A DNA stretch of 64,000 bases from Rhodospirillaceae bacterium (GCA_009840595.1 VXNK01000005.1:18467-82466), one strand, 5' to 3'; positions 37,469 to 47,666 are shown, counted from the first letter of the stretch. Notes: a model not told the origin generated them from the sequence alone. A program made the numbers and translations.

Positions 37469-38563
37469 ATGACCGGACTGGACGCCAACACCCTGATCGT
37501 GCTGGGCGCGGTGGCCGTTCTCGCGGTGCTTGTGCTGCTCGTCACTTTCCGGAGCGCGCGCGGCCAGACCGAGATCAACACGCGCCTCAGCGGGCTGGCC
37601 GAACGGCAGGACGGCATCCGCGATTCGCTGAATGCCCGCCTGCAGGACCAGGAGCGGGCAATTTCCGAACGGCTGGAAGGCGTAACGCGGCGGGTCGGCG
37701 CCAGCCTCGAAAGCAGCACGGAAAAGACCGGCGAATCGCTTCAGAAGATCCGCGAGCGGCTGGCCGTGATGGACCAGGCGCAGAAGAAGATCACCGACCT
37801 GTCGGAGCAGATGGTCGGCCTGGAGAATATCCTCGCCAACAAGCAGGCGCGCGGGGCGTTCGGCGAAATCCAGCTGCGCGACCTGGTCGAAACGCTGATG
37901 CCGCCCGGCGCCTTCGCCTTCCAGGAGACGCTCGGCAACGGCAAGCGGGCCGATTGCCTGCTCCGCCTGCCGAACCCGCCCGGGCCGATCGCGATCGACG
38001 CCAAGTTTCCGCTGGAAAGCTGGCAGCGCCTGCAGAATGCAACCGACGAGCGGGAGCGGACCGAGGCCGGCCGCCGGTTCAGCGCCGACGTTCTCAAGCA
38101 TGTCCGCGATATAAGGGAGAAATACATCGTGCCCGGCGAAACCGGCGACGCGGCGCTAATGTTCCTGCCCTCGGAAAGCGTCTATGCCGAACTGCACGCC
38201 AATCACGCCAACGCGGTCGAGCAGAGCTTCCGGGAGAAGGTCTACATCGTCTCGCCGACGACGCTGTGGGCGACGCTCAACACCGTGCGCGCCGTGTTCC
38301 GCGACGTGCGCATGCGCGAACAGGCCCATCTGATCCAGAAGGAAGTCGAGACCATGATGGCCGATGTCGGCCGGCTTGACGACCGGGTCGGCAAGCTGGC
38401 CGGCCATTTCGACCAGGCGCGGCGCGACATCGAGCAGATCCAAACCTCGTCTCGCAAGATCGCCAGCCGCGGCGAGAAAATATCCGAACTGGACCTGGAA
38501 GAGGACGGCGGCGGCGCGCCGGCAGCGGCGCCCGGCAAGCTCCAGGCCCCGCCGGTGGAATAA
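37469..38563 (+). CDS. rmuC: DNA recombination protein RmuC
   Basis: RGAFGEIQL, IDAKFPL, MFLPSESVYAE, SPTTLWATL. Confidence 0.95.
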   Translation: MTGLDANTLIVLGAVAVLAVLVLLVTFRSARGQTEINTRLSGLAERQDGIRDSLNARLQDQERAISERLEGVTRRVGASLESSTEKTGESLQKIRERLAVMDQAQKKITDLSEQMVGLENILANKQARGAFGEIQLRDLVETLMPPGAFAFQETLGNGKRADCLLRLPNPPGPIAIDAKFPLESWQRLQNATDERERTEAGRRFSADVLKHVRDIREKYIVPGETGDAALMFLPSESVYAELHANHANAVEQSFREKVYIVSPTTLWATLNTVRAVFRDVRMREQAHLIQKEVETMMADVGRLDDRVGKLAGHFDQARRDIEQIQTSSRKIASRGEKISELDLEEDGGGAPAAAPGKLQAPPVE

Positions 38564-38696
38564 CGCCCGGGCTGCCGCTGCGCCCGCCGTACCGGCCGGA
38601 GCGGCCGGCAGGGTCGCCGCGTCGGCAAATCCCTCCCGCGCGGCGCCGGAACGGCGGCTTGCTAACGGCGGCGGACCTGCATACCTTCGCCGCGCG

Positions 38697-39875
38697 ATGG
38701 ACCATTCCCTGACCGAAGACCAGGCCCGGATCGAGGAAGCGGTCGGCGCGATCTGCGACCGGTTCGACGAAAACTACTGGCTGGAGCGCGACCGGGACGG
38801 CGGCTATCCGCTGGAGTTCCACGCCGCGATGGCCGGGGGCGGCTGGCTCGGCATCGCCATGCCCGAGGCCCAGGGCGGCGCCGGGCTCGGCATCGCCGAA
38901 GCCGCGGTGATGATGCGCCGGGTCGCGCAGTCGCCGGGCGCCATGGCGGCCTGCTCGTCGATCCATCTGAACATTTTCGGCCCCCACCCGATCGTCGTGT
39001 ACGGCACCGAGGAGCAGAAACAGCGCTGGCTGCCCGACCTGATCGCCGGGCGGATTCGGTCCTGTTTCGGCGTCACCGAGCCGAATGCCGGGCTGGACAC
39101 GACCAACATCCGGACCCGCGCCGTGCGCAACGGGCCGGACAGCAACGCCGGCTACACGGTGACCGGCGAGAAGATCTGGACATCTTCGGCCCAGGTCGCC
39201 GACTGCATCCTGCTGCTGACCCGCACGACGCCGCGCGAAGAATGCAAGCGGCCGACCGAGGGCATGACCCTGTTCTTCACCGAACTCGACCGCGAGAAGA
39301 TCGAGGTCCGGGAGATCGACAAGATGGGCCGCAAGGCCGTCGATTCGAACATGCTGTTCATCGACGGCTTGCAGGTGCCGGTCGGGGACCGGATCGGCGA
39401 GGAGGGCCGGGGTTTCGAATGTCTGCTCCACGGCCTCAATCCGGAGCGCTGCCTGGTTGCCGCCGAGGCCATCGGCATCGGCCAGCAGGCTTTACAGCGC
39501 GCTGCCGGCTATGCGAAGGAGCGCATCGTGTTCGGCCGGCCGATCGGACGGAACCAGGCGGTCCAGCATCCGCTCGCCGAGAGCTGGGCCGAGCTGGAAG
39601 CGGCCTGGCTGACCGTGCTCCACGCCGCGGGCCTGTACGACGCCGGCAAACCGTGCGGCCCGCAATGCAACGCTGCGAAATATCTCGGCGCCGAAGCCGG
39701 TTTCCGGGCCTGCGAGCGCGCGGTGCTGGCCCATGGCGGCATGGGCTACGCCAAGGAGTTCCACGTCGAGCGGCTGCTGCGCGAGGTCATGATCTGCCGG
39801 ATCGCACCGGTCTCGCGCGAGCTGATCCTGAGCCACATCGCTGAAAAGGCGCTCGGCCTGCCGAAGAGCTACTGA
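38697..39875 (+). CDS. Acyl-CoA dehydrogenase
   Basis: FGVTEPNAGLDT, GEKIWTS, LNPER, HGGMGY. Confidence 0.93.
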   Translation: MDHSLTEDQARIEEAVGAICDRFDENYWLERDRDGGYPLEFHAAMAGGGWLGIAMPEAQGGAGLGIAEAAVMMRRVAQSPGAMAACSSIHLNIFGPHPIVVYGTEEQKQRWLPDLIAGRIRSCFGVTEPNAGLDTTNIRTRAVRNGPDSNAGYTVTGEKIWTSSAQVADCILLLTRTTPREECKRPTEGMTLFFTELDREKIEVREIDKMGRKAVDSNMLFIDGLQVPVGDRIGEEGRGFECLLHGLNPERCLVAAEAIGIGQQALQRAAGYAKERIVFGRPIGRNQAVQHPLAESWAELEAAWLTVLHAAGLYDAGKPCGPQCNAAKYLGAEAGFRACERAVLAHGGMGYAKEFHVERLLREVMICRIAPVSRELILSHIAEKALGLPKSY

Positions 39876-39880
39876 GAGGA

Positions 39881-40768
39881 CTATCGGCCCTGCGGCGTCT
39901 TCCGGCTTTCGGCCCGGACGTTGAGATAGTTGCCGGCGAAGATAACGACCGCGCCGAGTGCGACCCAGATGTCGATGATCTCGGCATAGGCGAGCCAGCC
40001 GACGACCACGGCAAGCGGCAGCCGGAAGAAATCCATCGGCACGACGACGTTGGCGTCGACCAGGCTGAGCGCCCGGGCCATGCAGTAATGGGCGGTCAGG
40101 CTGCCGACGCCGACCACCGCGATCCAGCCCCAGGTCCAGCCCGCCGGCCAGACCCAGGCGTCGAGGCCGGCGAACAGCGCCAGCGGCGTCTGGATCGCCA
40201 CCATCCAGAACAGCATCGTCAGGGGCGTGTCGGTGCGCATCAGCCGGCGTGTCATGACATAGGTCGAGAAGGCGAAGCCCAGGGCGGAGAGCAGGGCCGC
40301 GATCTGGGGCATGCCGACCGGCGACAGGCCGGGCCGCAGGATGATCAGCACACCGGTGAAACCGAGAATGACGGCCGCTACGCGCACGACCGTGATCCGC
40401 TCGCCCAGGATCAGCGCCGCCAGGATCAGGGTCCAGATCGGCGTCGTGAATTCCAGCGCGAACACCTCGGCGATCGGGATCAGGGCGACGGCGTAGAACC
40501 AGGCGTATTGCGCACCCAGATGCACGACGTTGCGCGCGCCGTGGGTGGCGAATTTCTGCGTGCGCAGATGACGCCAGCCGCCGGTGAGCTGAAACAGCAG
40601 CAGGATGACGGCCAGCCCGACCACGCCGCGCCAGAACAGCAGTTGGAAGATCGTGATGTCGGCGGCGAGCTCCCGCCCCGCCACCGCCATCGAGAGCAGC
40701 GAGGTGAAGGTGCCGACCATCCAGAAGGCGACCCGAAAGATCGGCGCGAAGCGTGGGGCGGCGGTCAT
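39881..40768 (-). CDS. DMT/EamA family transporter
   Basis: About 10 TM segments, two EamA repeats, ILGERIT. Confidence 0.9.
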   Translation of the reverse strand: MTAAPRFAPIFRVAFWMVGTFTSLLSMAVAGRELAADITIFQLLFWRGVVGLAVILLLFQLTGGWRHLRTQKFATHGARNVVHLGAQYAWFYAVALIPIAEVFALEFTTPIWTLILAALILGERITVVRVAAVILGFTGVLIILRPGLSPVGMPQIAALLSALGFAFSTYVMTRRLMRTDTPLTMLFWMVAIQTPLALFAGLDAWVWPAGWTWGWIAVVGVGSLTAHYCMARALSLVDANVVVPMDFFRLPLAVVVGWLAYAEIIDIWVALGAVVIFAGNYLNVRAESRKTPQGR

Positions 40769-41004
40769 GCGGCGGGAAAATCCGGCTCGGCATCGGGAAA
40801 TGCGCCGGACGGCGCAGGCCGGAGGCCCGCCGTTGCGCCTCGCCGGCTGCGGTGGATCATCCGATACAAGAAGCCGGCCGGCAAACGATAACCGCAACTG
40901 CGGGATGCGGCGTGTTACCTTGCCCGGCCTTGCCCGGCAGCGGCGAACGGCCTACTCACCGCAGGGCAGCGGATATCGAGGCTGCATTCCGGAGGCGCAT
41001 CGAC

Positions 41005-42213
41005 GTGGCCAGGATCCTGATCGCGGGGGCCGGTATCGGCGGGCTGGCGGTGGCCGGCTGCCTGCTGCTCGCCGGGCACGAGGTGGAAATCTACGAGCAG
41101 GCGCCCGAACTGGGCGAGATCGGCGCCGGCATCCAGCAGAGCGCCAATGCGACCCATGTCATGCGCCATCTGGGCGTGCTCGACGCGCTGGAGGATATGG
41201 CCTTCCTGCCGCCGGTCACGGAATTCCGCCTGTTCGACAGCGGCGAGGTGCTGCAGGCGCTGGCGCTGGCCGCGACTCACCGGGAACGGCACGGCGCGCC
41301 CTACCTCCAGCTTCACCGGGCCGACTACCACGCCGTCCTCGCGGCGCGGATCGAGGCGTTGAAACCCGGCTGCATCCGCCTGAATGCGATGGTCGCCGGC
41401 TTCCGGGACCGCGCCGGCGGCGTCGCCATGATCCTGGCCGACGGTGCGGAAATCTCCGGCGACCTGCTGATCGGCGCCGACGGCATCAAGTCCGCCGTCC
41501 GCCGCCGGATCGCCGGCGCGAACCGGCCGGAATATACCGGCGACTCGGCCTGGCGCCTGACCGTGCCGGTCGAGCGGCTGCCGCCCGGCTTCCTGGACGG
41601 CAAATCCTCCATCTGGGTCGGCCCGGACAAGCACGCCGTGGTCTACTTCCTGCGCGGCGGCGGCCTGCTGAATTTCGTTGGCGCGGTGGAACTGGAGGAA
41701 CGGATCGAGGAATCCTGGACCCAGAAACGGCCGTGGACCGAGTTGCGGGCCGATTTCGAGGGCTGGCATCGCGATATCCTGACGATTATCGAGGCCGCCG
41801 ACCGCGACGCCTGTTATCGCTGGCCGCTGAACGTCCACCCGCACCTGGACTCATGGAGCGCCGGGCGCGCCACGCTGCTCGGCGACGCCGCCCACCCTAT
41901 GCTGCCCTATATGGCCCAGGGCGCGGCCGTCGCCGTGGAAGACGGCGCGATCCTTGCGCGCGCACTGGCCGAAGCCGGCTCGATTCCCGACGCGCTGGCC
42001 CTGTACGAGCGCCACCGCAAGCCGCGCGCGCGCCGCATCGTCGACGAATCCCGCGCCAACCGCCGCCTGTTCCACCTGCCGAACGAAGCCGCCCTGCGCG
42101 CCGCCTTTGCCGAACGGAACATGGACCGGGAGCGCTCCGACTGGCTCTACAACTACAACCCGCTGACGGTAGATCTGGATCAGGTGCACGCCGCCGCTGC
42201 CGGCTCCGGTTAG
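41005..42213 (+). CDS. FAD-dependent monooxygenase (salicylate/3-hydroxybenzoate hydroxylase-like)
   Basis: GAGIGGL, IGADGIKS, LLGDAAHPMLPYMAQGA; GTG after GGAGG. Confidence 0.92.
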   Translation: MARILIAGAGIGGLAVAGCLLLAGHEVEIYEQAPELGEIGAGIQQSANATHVMRHLGVLDALEDMAFLPPVTEFRLFDSGEVLQALALAATHRERHGAPYLQLHRADYHAVLAARIEALKPGCIRLNAMVAGFRDRAGGVAMILADGAEISGDLLIGADGIKSAVRRRIAGANRPEYTGDSAWRLTVPVERLPPGFLDGKSSIWVGPDKHAVVYFLRGGGLLNFVGAVELEERIEESWTQKRPWTELRADFEGWHRDILTIIEAADRDACYRWPLNVHPHLDSWSAGRATLLGDAAHPMLPYMAQGAAVAVEDGAILARALAEAGSIPDALALYERHRKPRARRIVDESRANRRLFHLPNEAALRAAFAERNMDRERSDWLYNYNPLTVDLDQVHAAAAGSG

Positions 42214-42408
42214 CCCGCCGCGCCATCGCGTCGACTCGCTTTTTTCCGCGATTCGCTCTATATCCCGCGGCGTTGAATCGCCTGCCAGGGTAAGCGGACG
42301 GCGTTTTTCCGACAACGGAGAGGCGTCGTCGTTTGCTTTTGCGGCAGACTTTGCCCGCCCGGCGCCCGGCAGACTCCGGCCGCCGGCCCAACCGAAGGAG
42401 ACAGGATC

Positions 42409-43605
42409 GTGATCCCGGCCCTCATGCCGACCTACCGGCGGACGGACATCGCTTTCGAGCGCGGTGAAGGCCCCTACCTTTACAGCACCGACGGCCGACG
42501 ATTCCTGGACTTCGCCAGCGGCATCGCCGTGACCTGCCTGGGCCACAGCCACCCGGCGCTGGTCGAGGCGCTCATCGAGCAGGGGCGGAAGTTCTGGCAT
42601 TGCTCGAACATCTTCACCATCCCGGGCCAGCAGGAGATGGGCGAGAAGTTCGTGCGCGATACCTTCGCCGACACCGTCTTCTTCGGCAATTCGGGCTCGG
42701 AAGCCGTCGAGCTCGGTATCAAGATGATCCGCAAGTACCACCATGCCAGCGGCAACCCGCACAAGACCGGGATCGTCTGCATGCGGGGCGCGTTCCACGG
42801 CCGGACCCTGGCGACCATCTTCGCCGGCGGCCAGGAAAGCCATATCGACGGGTTCGGCCCGGCGGTCCAGGGCTTCCGGCACGTCGCATTCGGCAACATG
42901 AACGAGCTGCGCAACGCGATCGACGACGAGGTCGGCGGCATCCTGTTTGAGCCGATCCAGGGCGAGGGCGGCTACCGCCCGGCGCCCGACGGCTTCCTCG
43001 AGGCTGTCCGCGAGACCGCCGACGAGTTCGGCCTCCTGGTCATGCTCGACGAGGTCCAATGCGGCAACGGCCGGACCGGCCGGCTCTTCGCCCACCAATG
43101 GTCGGACATGACGCCCGACATCATGGCGACCGCCAAGGGCATGGGCGGCGGCTTTCCGGTCGGCGCCTGTCTGGCGACGGAAGAGGCGGCCAGGGGCATG
43201 ACGGCCGGCACCCACGGCTCGACCTATGGCGGCAACCCGCTTGCCATGGCGGTGGCCAACGCGGTCTGGGACGTGCTCACCGCGCCGGGATTCCTCGACA
43301 ACGTCCGCATTCAGGGCGAGGCGCTGCACGCCGAGCTGCGGGCGCTGGTCGCCGATTACCCGGAGGTCTATGTCGAGGCCCGCGGCCGCGGCCTAATGGC
43401 CGGGCTGAAGCTGGCCGACAGCCTGGAAACGCGCCAGGTGGTCGATTTCGTCCGCGAGCGCGGCCTGCTCACGGTCGCGGCGGGCGAGAACGTCGTGCGC
43501 ATGGCGCCGCCGCTGATCATCGGGCGCGAGGAGATCGACGAGGCCGTCGCCCTGCTGCGCGCCGCGGCGGAGGAACTGATGGCCGAAGAGCGGGATGTTG
43601 CCTGA
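42409..43605 (+). CDS. argD: Acetylornithine aminotransferase
   Basis: [46 protein letters not shown]. Confidence 0.95.
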   Translation: MIPALMPTYRRTDIAFERGEGPYLYSTDGRRFLDFASGIAVTCLGHSHPALVEALIEQGRKFWHCSNIFTIPGQQEMGEKFVRDTFADTVFFGNSGSEAVELGIKMIRKYHHASGNPHKTGIVCMRGAFHGRTLATIFAGGQESHIDGFGPAVQGFRHVAFGNMNELRNAIDDEVGGILFEPIQGEGGYRPAPDGFLEAVRETADEFGLLVMLDEVQCGNGRTGRLFAHQWSDMTPDIMATAKGMGGGFPVGACLATEEAARGMTAGTHGSTYGGNPLAMAVANAVWDVLTAPGFLDNVRIQGEALHAELRALVADYPEVYVEARGRGLMAGLKLADSLETRQVVDFVRERGLLTVAAGENVVRMAPPLIIGREEIDEAVALLRAAAEELMAEERDVA

Positions 43606-44584
43606 CACGGGCATCGCGCCGGACCTGGACCGCACCGCGATTGCGGCCGCCGACGCGCGGCATTTTCTCGATCTCGACTTGGTCGGACAGGCCGACCTGC
43701 GCCGCATCGTCGAGGCCGGCAAGCGCCTGAAGGCGGCCCGGCAGGCCGGTGCCCCGCCGGCGCGCCCGCTGGCCGGCAAGACGCTCGCGATGATCTTCGA
43801 AAAGCCGTCAACGCGCACGCGGGTCTCGTTCGAGCAGGCCGTCAGGCAGCTCGGCGGCGACGCCATCGTGCTGGAGCGCGAGAGCAGCCAACTCGGCCGC
43901 GGCGAGACCGTGGCGGATACGGCGCGCGTGCTCTCGCGCTATGTCGACGCCATCATGCTGCGCTGCACGAAGGAGGAAAAGCTGCTGGAGTTGGCGGCCA
44001 ACGCCGCCGTGCCGGTCATCAACGGCCTGACCGACCGGACCCATCCCTGCCAACTCATGGCCGACGTGATGACCTTCGAGGAGCATCGCGGCCCGATCGA
44101 GGGCAAGGCGGTCGCCTGGAGCGGCGACGGCAACAATATGGCGACCTCCTGGATCCACGCCGCGATGCAGTTCGGGTTCGAATTGCGGCTGGCGGCGCCG
44201 ACGGCGCTGCCGCCACCGGCCGATGTCGTGGACCGGGCGCGGGCGCGCGGCGCGCGGGTCCATGTGACCGACGACCCGGTGGAAGCGATTTCCGGCGCGG
44301 ATTGCGTCGTCACCGACGTCTGGATCTCGATGGGGGATACCGGCGCCGCCGACCATCACAACCTGCTGGCGCCCTACCGCGTCGACAGCGCGCTGATGAG
44401 CCATGCCCGGGACGACGCGATCTTCATGCACTGCCTGCCGGCCCATCGCGGCGAGGAGGTCGCCGCCGACGTGATCGACGGGCCGCAATCCGTCGTGTGG
44501 GACGAGGCGGAAAACCGGCTGCACGCCCAGAAGGGCATCCTGCTCTGGGCGCTGGCGCCCGACCTGCTGGAACAGACGCCATGA
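43595..44584 (+). CDS. argF: Ornithine carbamoyltransferase
   Basis: [32 protein letters not shown]. Confidence 0.98.
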   Translation: MLPDTGIAPDLDRTAIAAADARHFLDLDLVGQADLRRIVEAGKRLKAARQAGAPPARPLAGKTLAMIFEKPSTRTRVSFEQAVRQLGGDAIVLERESSQLGRGETVADTARVLSRYVDAIMLRCTKEEKLLELAANAAVPVINGLTDRTHPCQLMADVMTFEEHRGPIEGKAVAWSGDGNNMATSWIHAAMQFGFELRLAAPTALPPPADVVDRARARGARVHVTDDPVEAISGADCVVTDVWISMGDTGAADHHNLLAPYRVDSALMSHARDDAIFMHCLPAHRGEEVAADVIDGPQSVVWDEAENRLHAQKGILLWALAPDLLEQTP

Positions 44585-45594
44585 CGGAGGGCGGCCCGGC
44601 CGGGTCCGCCGGCCCGGGGCTGCAGGGGGAGCCGCAGACCGATATCCTGATCCCCTTCCGGCTGGAGCGGGCGAACCTGCGCGGCCGGGCGGTCCGGCTC
44701 GGCCCCGCGATCGACGCCATCCTGTCGCGCCACGACTATCCGCCGCCGGTCGCCGACCTGCTGGGCGAAGCGCTGGCGCTCGCCGCCGTGCTGGCCGGCA
44801 CGCTGAAATACGACGGCATCTTCACCCTGCAGGTCAAGGGAGACGGGCCGGTCGGCATGCTGGTGTGCGACGTCACGTCGGACGGCGATCTGCGCGGCTA
44901 TGCCGAGGTCGACGAGGCGGCCTACGCCGCGCTCGGCACGGCGGCGCCCGACGGCCCGGTGCCGCGCCATCTGGGCGCCGGCCATCTCGCCTTCACGGTC
45001 GACCAGGGCCCGGACATGGAGCGCTACCAGGGGATCGTGGACCTGGCCGGCGCGACGCTGACCGAGTGCGCCCAGCATTATTTCCGGCAGTCCGAGCAGG
45101 TCGAGACCCTGCTTCGGCTCGGCGTCGGCCGCCCGGACGGCAGGCGCTGGCAGGCCTCCGCCCTGATGATCCAGCGCGTGCCGATGACCGGCGGGGTCGG
45201 CGGCGGGGCCCTTGGCGGGAGCGGCGCGCCGGCGGCGGACGACAGCGGCCACGCGGACGAGGACCGGCGCGAGGACGACTGGCGGCGCCTCGCCATGCTG
45301 CTCGGCACAGTGCGCAACGCCGAGGTGCTGGCCCCGGATGTCGATCCGCTGCGCCTGCTGCACCGCCTGTTCCACGCGGACGGCGTCCGGGTCTTCGAGC
45401 CGCAGGCGCTGCGCGACCGCTGCCGCTGCTCCGACGACCGGGCGGAGAATGCGTTGCGCATGCTGGACGCGGACGAACTGGCGGACATGACAATCGACGG
45501 CGCCGTGACTGTCGCCTGCCAGTTCTGCAGCCGGGTCCGGCGCTACGACGAGGCGGCGCTGGCCGCGCTGCGGGCCGGCCGGGCGGCGGCCTGA
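44581..45594 (+). CDS. hslO: Hsp33 redox-regulated chaperone
   Basis: [28 protein letters not shown] zinc motif. Confidence 0.95.
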   Translation: MTEGGPAGSAGPGLQGEPQTDILIPFRLERANLRGRAVRLGPAIDAILSRHDYPPPVADLLGEALALAAVLAGTLKYDGIFTLQVKGDGPVGMLVCDVTSDGDLRGYAEVDEAAYAALGTAAPDGPVPRHLGAGHLAFTVDQGPDMERYQGIVDLAGATLTECAQHYFRQSEQVETLLRLGVGRPDGRRWQASALMIQRVPMTGGVGGGALGGSGAPAADDSGHADEDRREDDWRRLAMLLGTVRNAEVLAPDVDPLRLLHRLFHADGVRVFEPQALRDRCRCSDDRAENALRMLDADELADMTIDGAVTVACQFCSRVRRYDEAALAALRAGRAAA

Positions 45595-45638
45595 TGCGGG
45601 GCCGGACAACGGGCCGGGAGTCCGCAGATACCCGGATA

Positions 45639-45671
45639 TGTCATGCCCCCGATATGTCATGAAATGTCATG
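45639..45671. repeat. TGTCATG x3 (16- and 10-bp spacing) on left flank of REP copy 3
   Basis: Copies at 45639, 45655, 45665. Confidence 0.85.
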
Positions 45672-45701
45672 ATTCGTTATGGCGCGCTCCTCCGCCCCAA
45701 C

Positions 45702-45825
45702 CGTCATTCCGACCGGAGCAGACGCCAGTCCGCGGAGTGGAGGAATCCCGTCGCCGGCTCCCGGGATTTGCAAATCCGTGATCGAGCCGAGATCCCTCCA
45801 CTCGCTCCGCTCGGTCGGGATGACG
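45702..45825. repeat. CGTC-type REP/MITE-like element, copy 3 (inverted relative to copy 1)
   Basis: Reverse complement aligns with 8433-8557 with ~17 differences by hand count, 11 of them in the central loop. Confidence 0.92.
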
Positions 45826-45835
45826 GTTTGGCTCG

Positions 45836-45862
45836 TGTCATGAAATGTCATGATTTGTCATG
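45836..45862. repeat. TGTCATG x3 at 10-bp period on right flank of REP copy 3
   Basis: TGTCATGAAATGTCATGATTTGTCATG. Confidence 0.9.
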
Positions 45863-45889
45863 TTCCGCCGCGCCCTGTCCGCTTGAATA

Positions 45890-45905
45890 GACAGACCGTT
45901 CTATC
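45890..45905. promoter_or_regulatory. 16-bp imperfect palindrome (TetR-operator-like), copy B
   Basis: GACAGACCGTTCTATC followed by 7 nt and T7-GC, the same layout as 8879-8894 on the minus strand. Confidence 0.5.
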
Positions 45906-46208
45906 CATCGTGTTTTTTTGCATTCCGGCCCCACCGTCCGAAACGCCCCGCCGGCCCGAAGTGGCGGAAAACCGCCGAAAACCGCCAGCCGGACGCCTGC
46001 CCGGTTCCGGCTCTTTGAAGGAAAAAATGGAAATAAGGAATACATTCTTTATTCTGTTCATGCTGCGTGGGATTTTTTCCTGCGTCGGGCGGGAGCCGGC
46101 GGGAACCGCAAACGCCGCCCGTTCGTCCGCAAAACCGGACAATGCCGCCCGGACGCCGATCCCGGCCTGACCCGAAACCCTCATTGGACCCCGGACGGAA
46201 CGCGGAAT

Positions 46209-46239
46209 GTTCATATAATGTTCGATTCACAGATGTCAA
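46209..46239 (-). promoter_or_regulatory. Alphaproteobacterial LexA (SOS) box overlapping a leftward sigma70-like promoter
   Basis: GTTC-ATATAAT-GTTC at 46209-46223; TTGACA on minus strand at 46239-46234, -10-like TATATG at 16-bp spacing. Confidence 0.7.
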
Positions 46240-46345
46240 GCCCTGTTGCGCCCATCGCCGGCGGCTTGCGGGACGCCGCGCTTCCCTCACGCGCCGGCCT
46301 TGCACCGAGCCCGGAGTTACACAGGCGGGATACGGCGAACGCCGG

Positions 46346-47032
46346 CTAGCGGTCCCGCGCTTCGCAGTGCTCCCGCTCCATGAAGGCGCGCAATCCCGTT
46401 GCCTCATCCTCAACGAACCGCTCGCCGGTTACGGCGAGGTTCGCCGTGCGGTCGAACCGGAAGGTGCGGAAGTCCTGCCGGAGTTCGCACCAGCCGGAAA
46501 ACATCCAGCCATCGGTCAGGTTCCAGATCGCGAGAGGGCGCACGCGGCGTCCGGTCCGGTTCCCGTCGCCGTCCCGGTAGTCGAACCGCGCGATCTGCCG
46601 CTCGCGGATCGCCCGGCGGAGCAGGGCCACATCCGGCGTTGCGCGGTTTCTGCCCTGAAGATTGAAATAGGGCGCATCGGCGAGCCGGCGCTCCTCCGGC
46701 CGGGGCATGCCGGCCTGGAGTTTCGCGCGCGCCTCGCGGGCCGCCGCCGCCAGCACCGGATCGCCGGCGCTTTCCACGAAGGAAAGGCCCACGGCAAGCG
46801 CATCGACCTGGTCGTGGGTAAACGTCACGTTGGGCAGGTCGAAACCCGGCCGCAGCAGGTAGCCGACGCCGGCCTCGCCTTCGATCGGCAGGCCGGACGC
46901 CTGGAGATGGGCGATGTCGCGATAGATCGTGCTGACGCTGACTTCGAAATGTTCGGCAAGGTCGCCGGCCCGGCTGACGCCGCGGGTCCGCATCTCGTTG
47001 ACCAGCCTGAACAGCCTTTCCGCACGTCTCAT
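46346..47032 (-). CDS. YafY-family HTH-WYL transcriptional regulator
   Basis: MRRAERLF, VSVSTIYRDIAHL, EGEAGVGY, RRVRPL..W....WCELRQDFRTFRFDR. Confidence 0.95.
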   Translation of the reverse strand: MRRAERLFRLVNEMRTRGVSRAGDLAEHFEVSVSTIYRDIAHLQASGLPIEGEAGVGYLLRPGFDLPNVTFTHDQVDALAVGLSFVESAGDPVLAAAAREARAKLQAGMPRPEERRLADAPYFNLQGRNRATPDVALLRRAIRERQIARFDYRDGDGNRTGRRVRPLAIWNLTDGWMFSGWCELRQDFRTFRFDRTANLAVTGERFVEDEATGLRAFMEREHCEARDR

Positions 47033-47047
47033 CGGTTTCGCGCCCGG

Positions 47048-47083
47048 CCCGCATTTCGACCCGGATTTCGGCCCGGCTTTCGA
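47048..47083. repeat. 12-bp triplication between ridA-like gene and WYL gene
   Basis: CCCGCATTTCGA/CCCGGATTTCGG/CCCGGCTTTCGA. Confidence 0.85.
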
Positions 47084-47196
47084 AAATGTCGGGGCACAGT
47101 CTTTCTCATTCCGCGCCTATAGCATGAGATCGGCGGGTCCCGACGGTTCCGGTGCGAAGAGTCGCTCTCCAGGTCGGCCGCGATGCCCGTGGGCAT

Positions 47197-47592
47197 TCAG
47201 TCGGCGGCCGTGGCCTCGATCTCGAACATCAGCGGCGGCAGGGCGAGCCGGGTAACGCCGAGCAGGGTCATCGGCGGCGCGGCGCCGGCAGGCCCGAAGC
47301 GCGATCCGAGAATATCGAAATGCTTCAGGGCTTCGTCCATATCGGTGGTGTAGAGGCTGAGCCGGACAATGTCGGCGAGGCCCATGCCGGCGGCGTCCAG
47401 AACGGCTTCCAGATTGTCGAGGGCGAGCGCGATTTGACGGCGCATGTCTCCCGGGTGCTGCGGGTTGCCATCGGCGTCGACGGAAGTCTGGCCCGCGCAG
47501 ATCAGGCGCCGGTTCGCTCCAACGAGCATTTCGGCCTGGTTGTAGCCGAAATTCAACGACCACGGCCAAGGGTTGACGGCTGTTCTCTTCAT
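47197..47592 (-). CDS. RidA/YjgF/UK114 family protein
   Basis: VNPWPWSLNFGYNQA, AGQTS, ALDNLEAVL, MTLLGVTRLA...FEIEATA. Confidence 0.92.
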   Translation of the reverse strand: MKRTAVNPWPWSLNFGYNQAEMLVGANRRLICAGQTSVDADGNPQHPGDMRRQIALALDNLEAVLDAAGMGLADIVRLSLYTTDMDEALKHFDILGSRFGPAGAAPPMTLLGVTRLALPPLMFEIEATAAD

Positions 47593-47642
47593 GGCTGCTG
47601 CGCCCTCGTCGACAATTCGGAGAGCGCCTGAATGACACAGGC

Positions 47643-47666
47643 CTCCCGTCACCGTGGTGGCAGGAG
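47643..47666. promoter_or_regulatory. Imperfect palindrome upstream of ridA-WYL operon (candidate WYL-regulator site)
   Basis: CTCCCGTCA-CCGTGG-TGGCAGGAG. Confidence 0.5.

Noticed and set aside
45657-45851. 64-aa ORF MTFHDTSQTVIPTERSE...
   Set aside because: It is the translation of the CATGACA array plus REP hairpin; the similarity to island A is at the DNA-repeat level
47641-47666. Moco riboswitch 3' end (GCCTCCCGT...GGAG)
   Set aside because: Wrong strand for any downstream gene and the upstream stems are absent; better read as a palindromic operator
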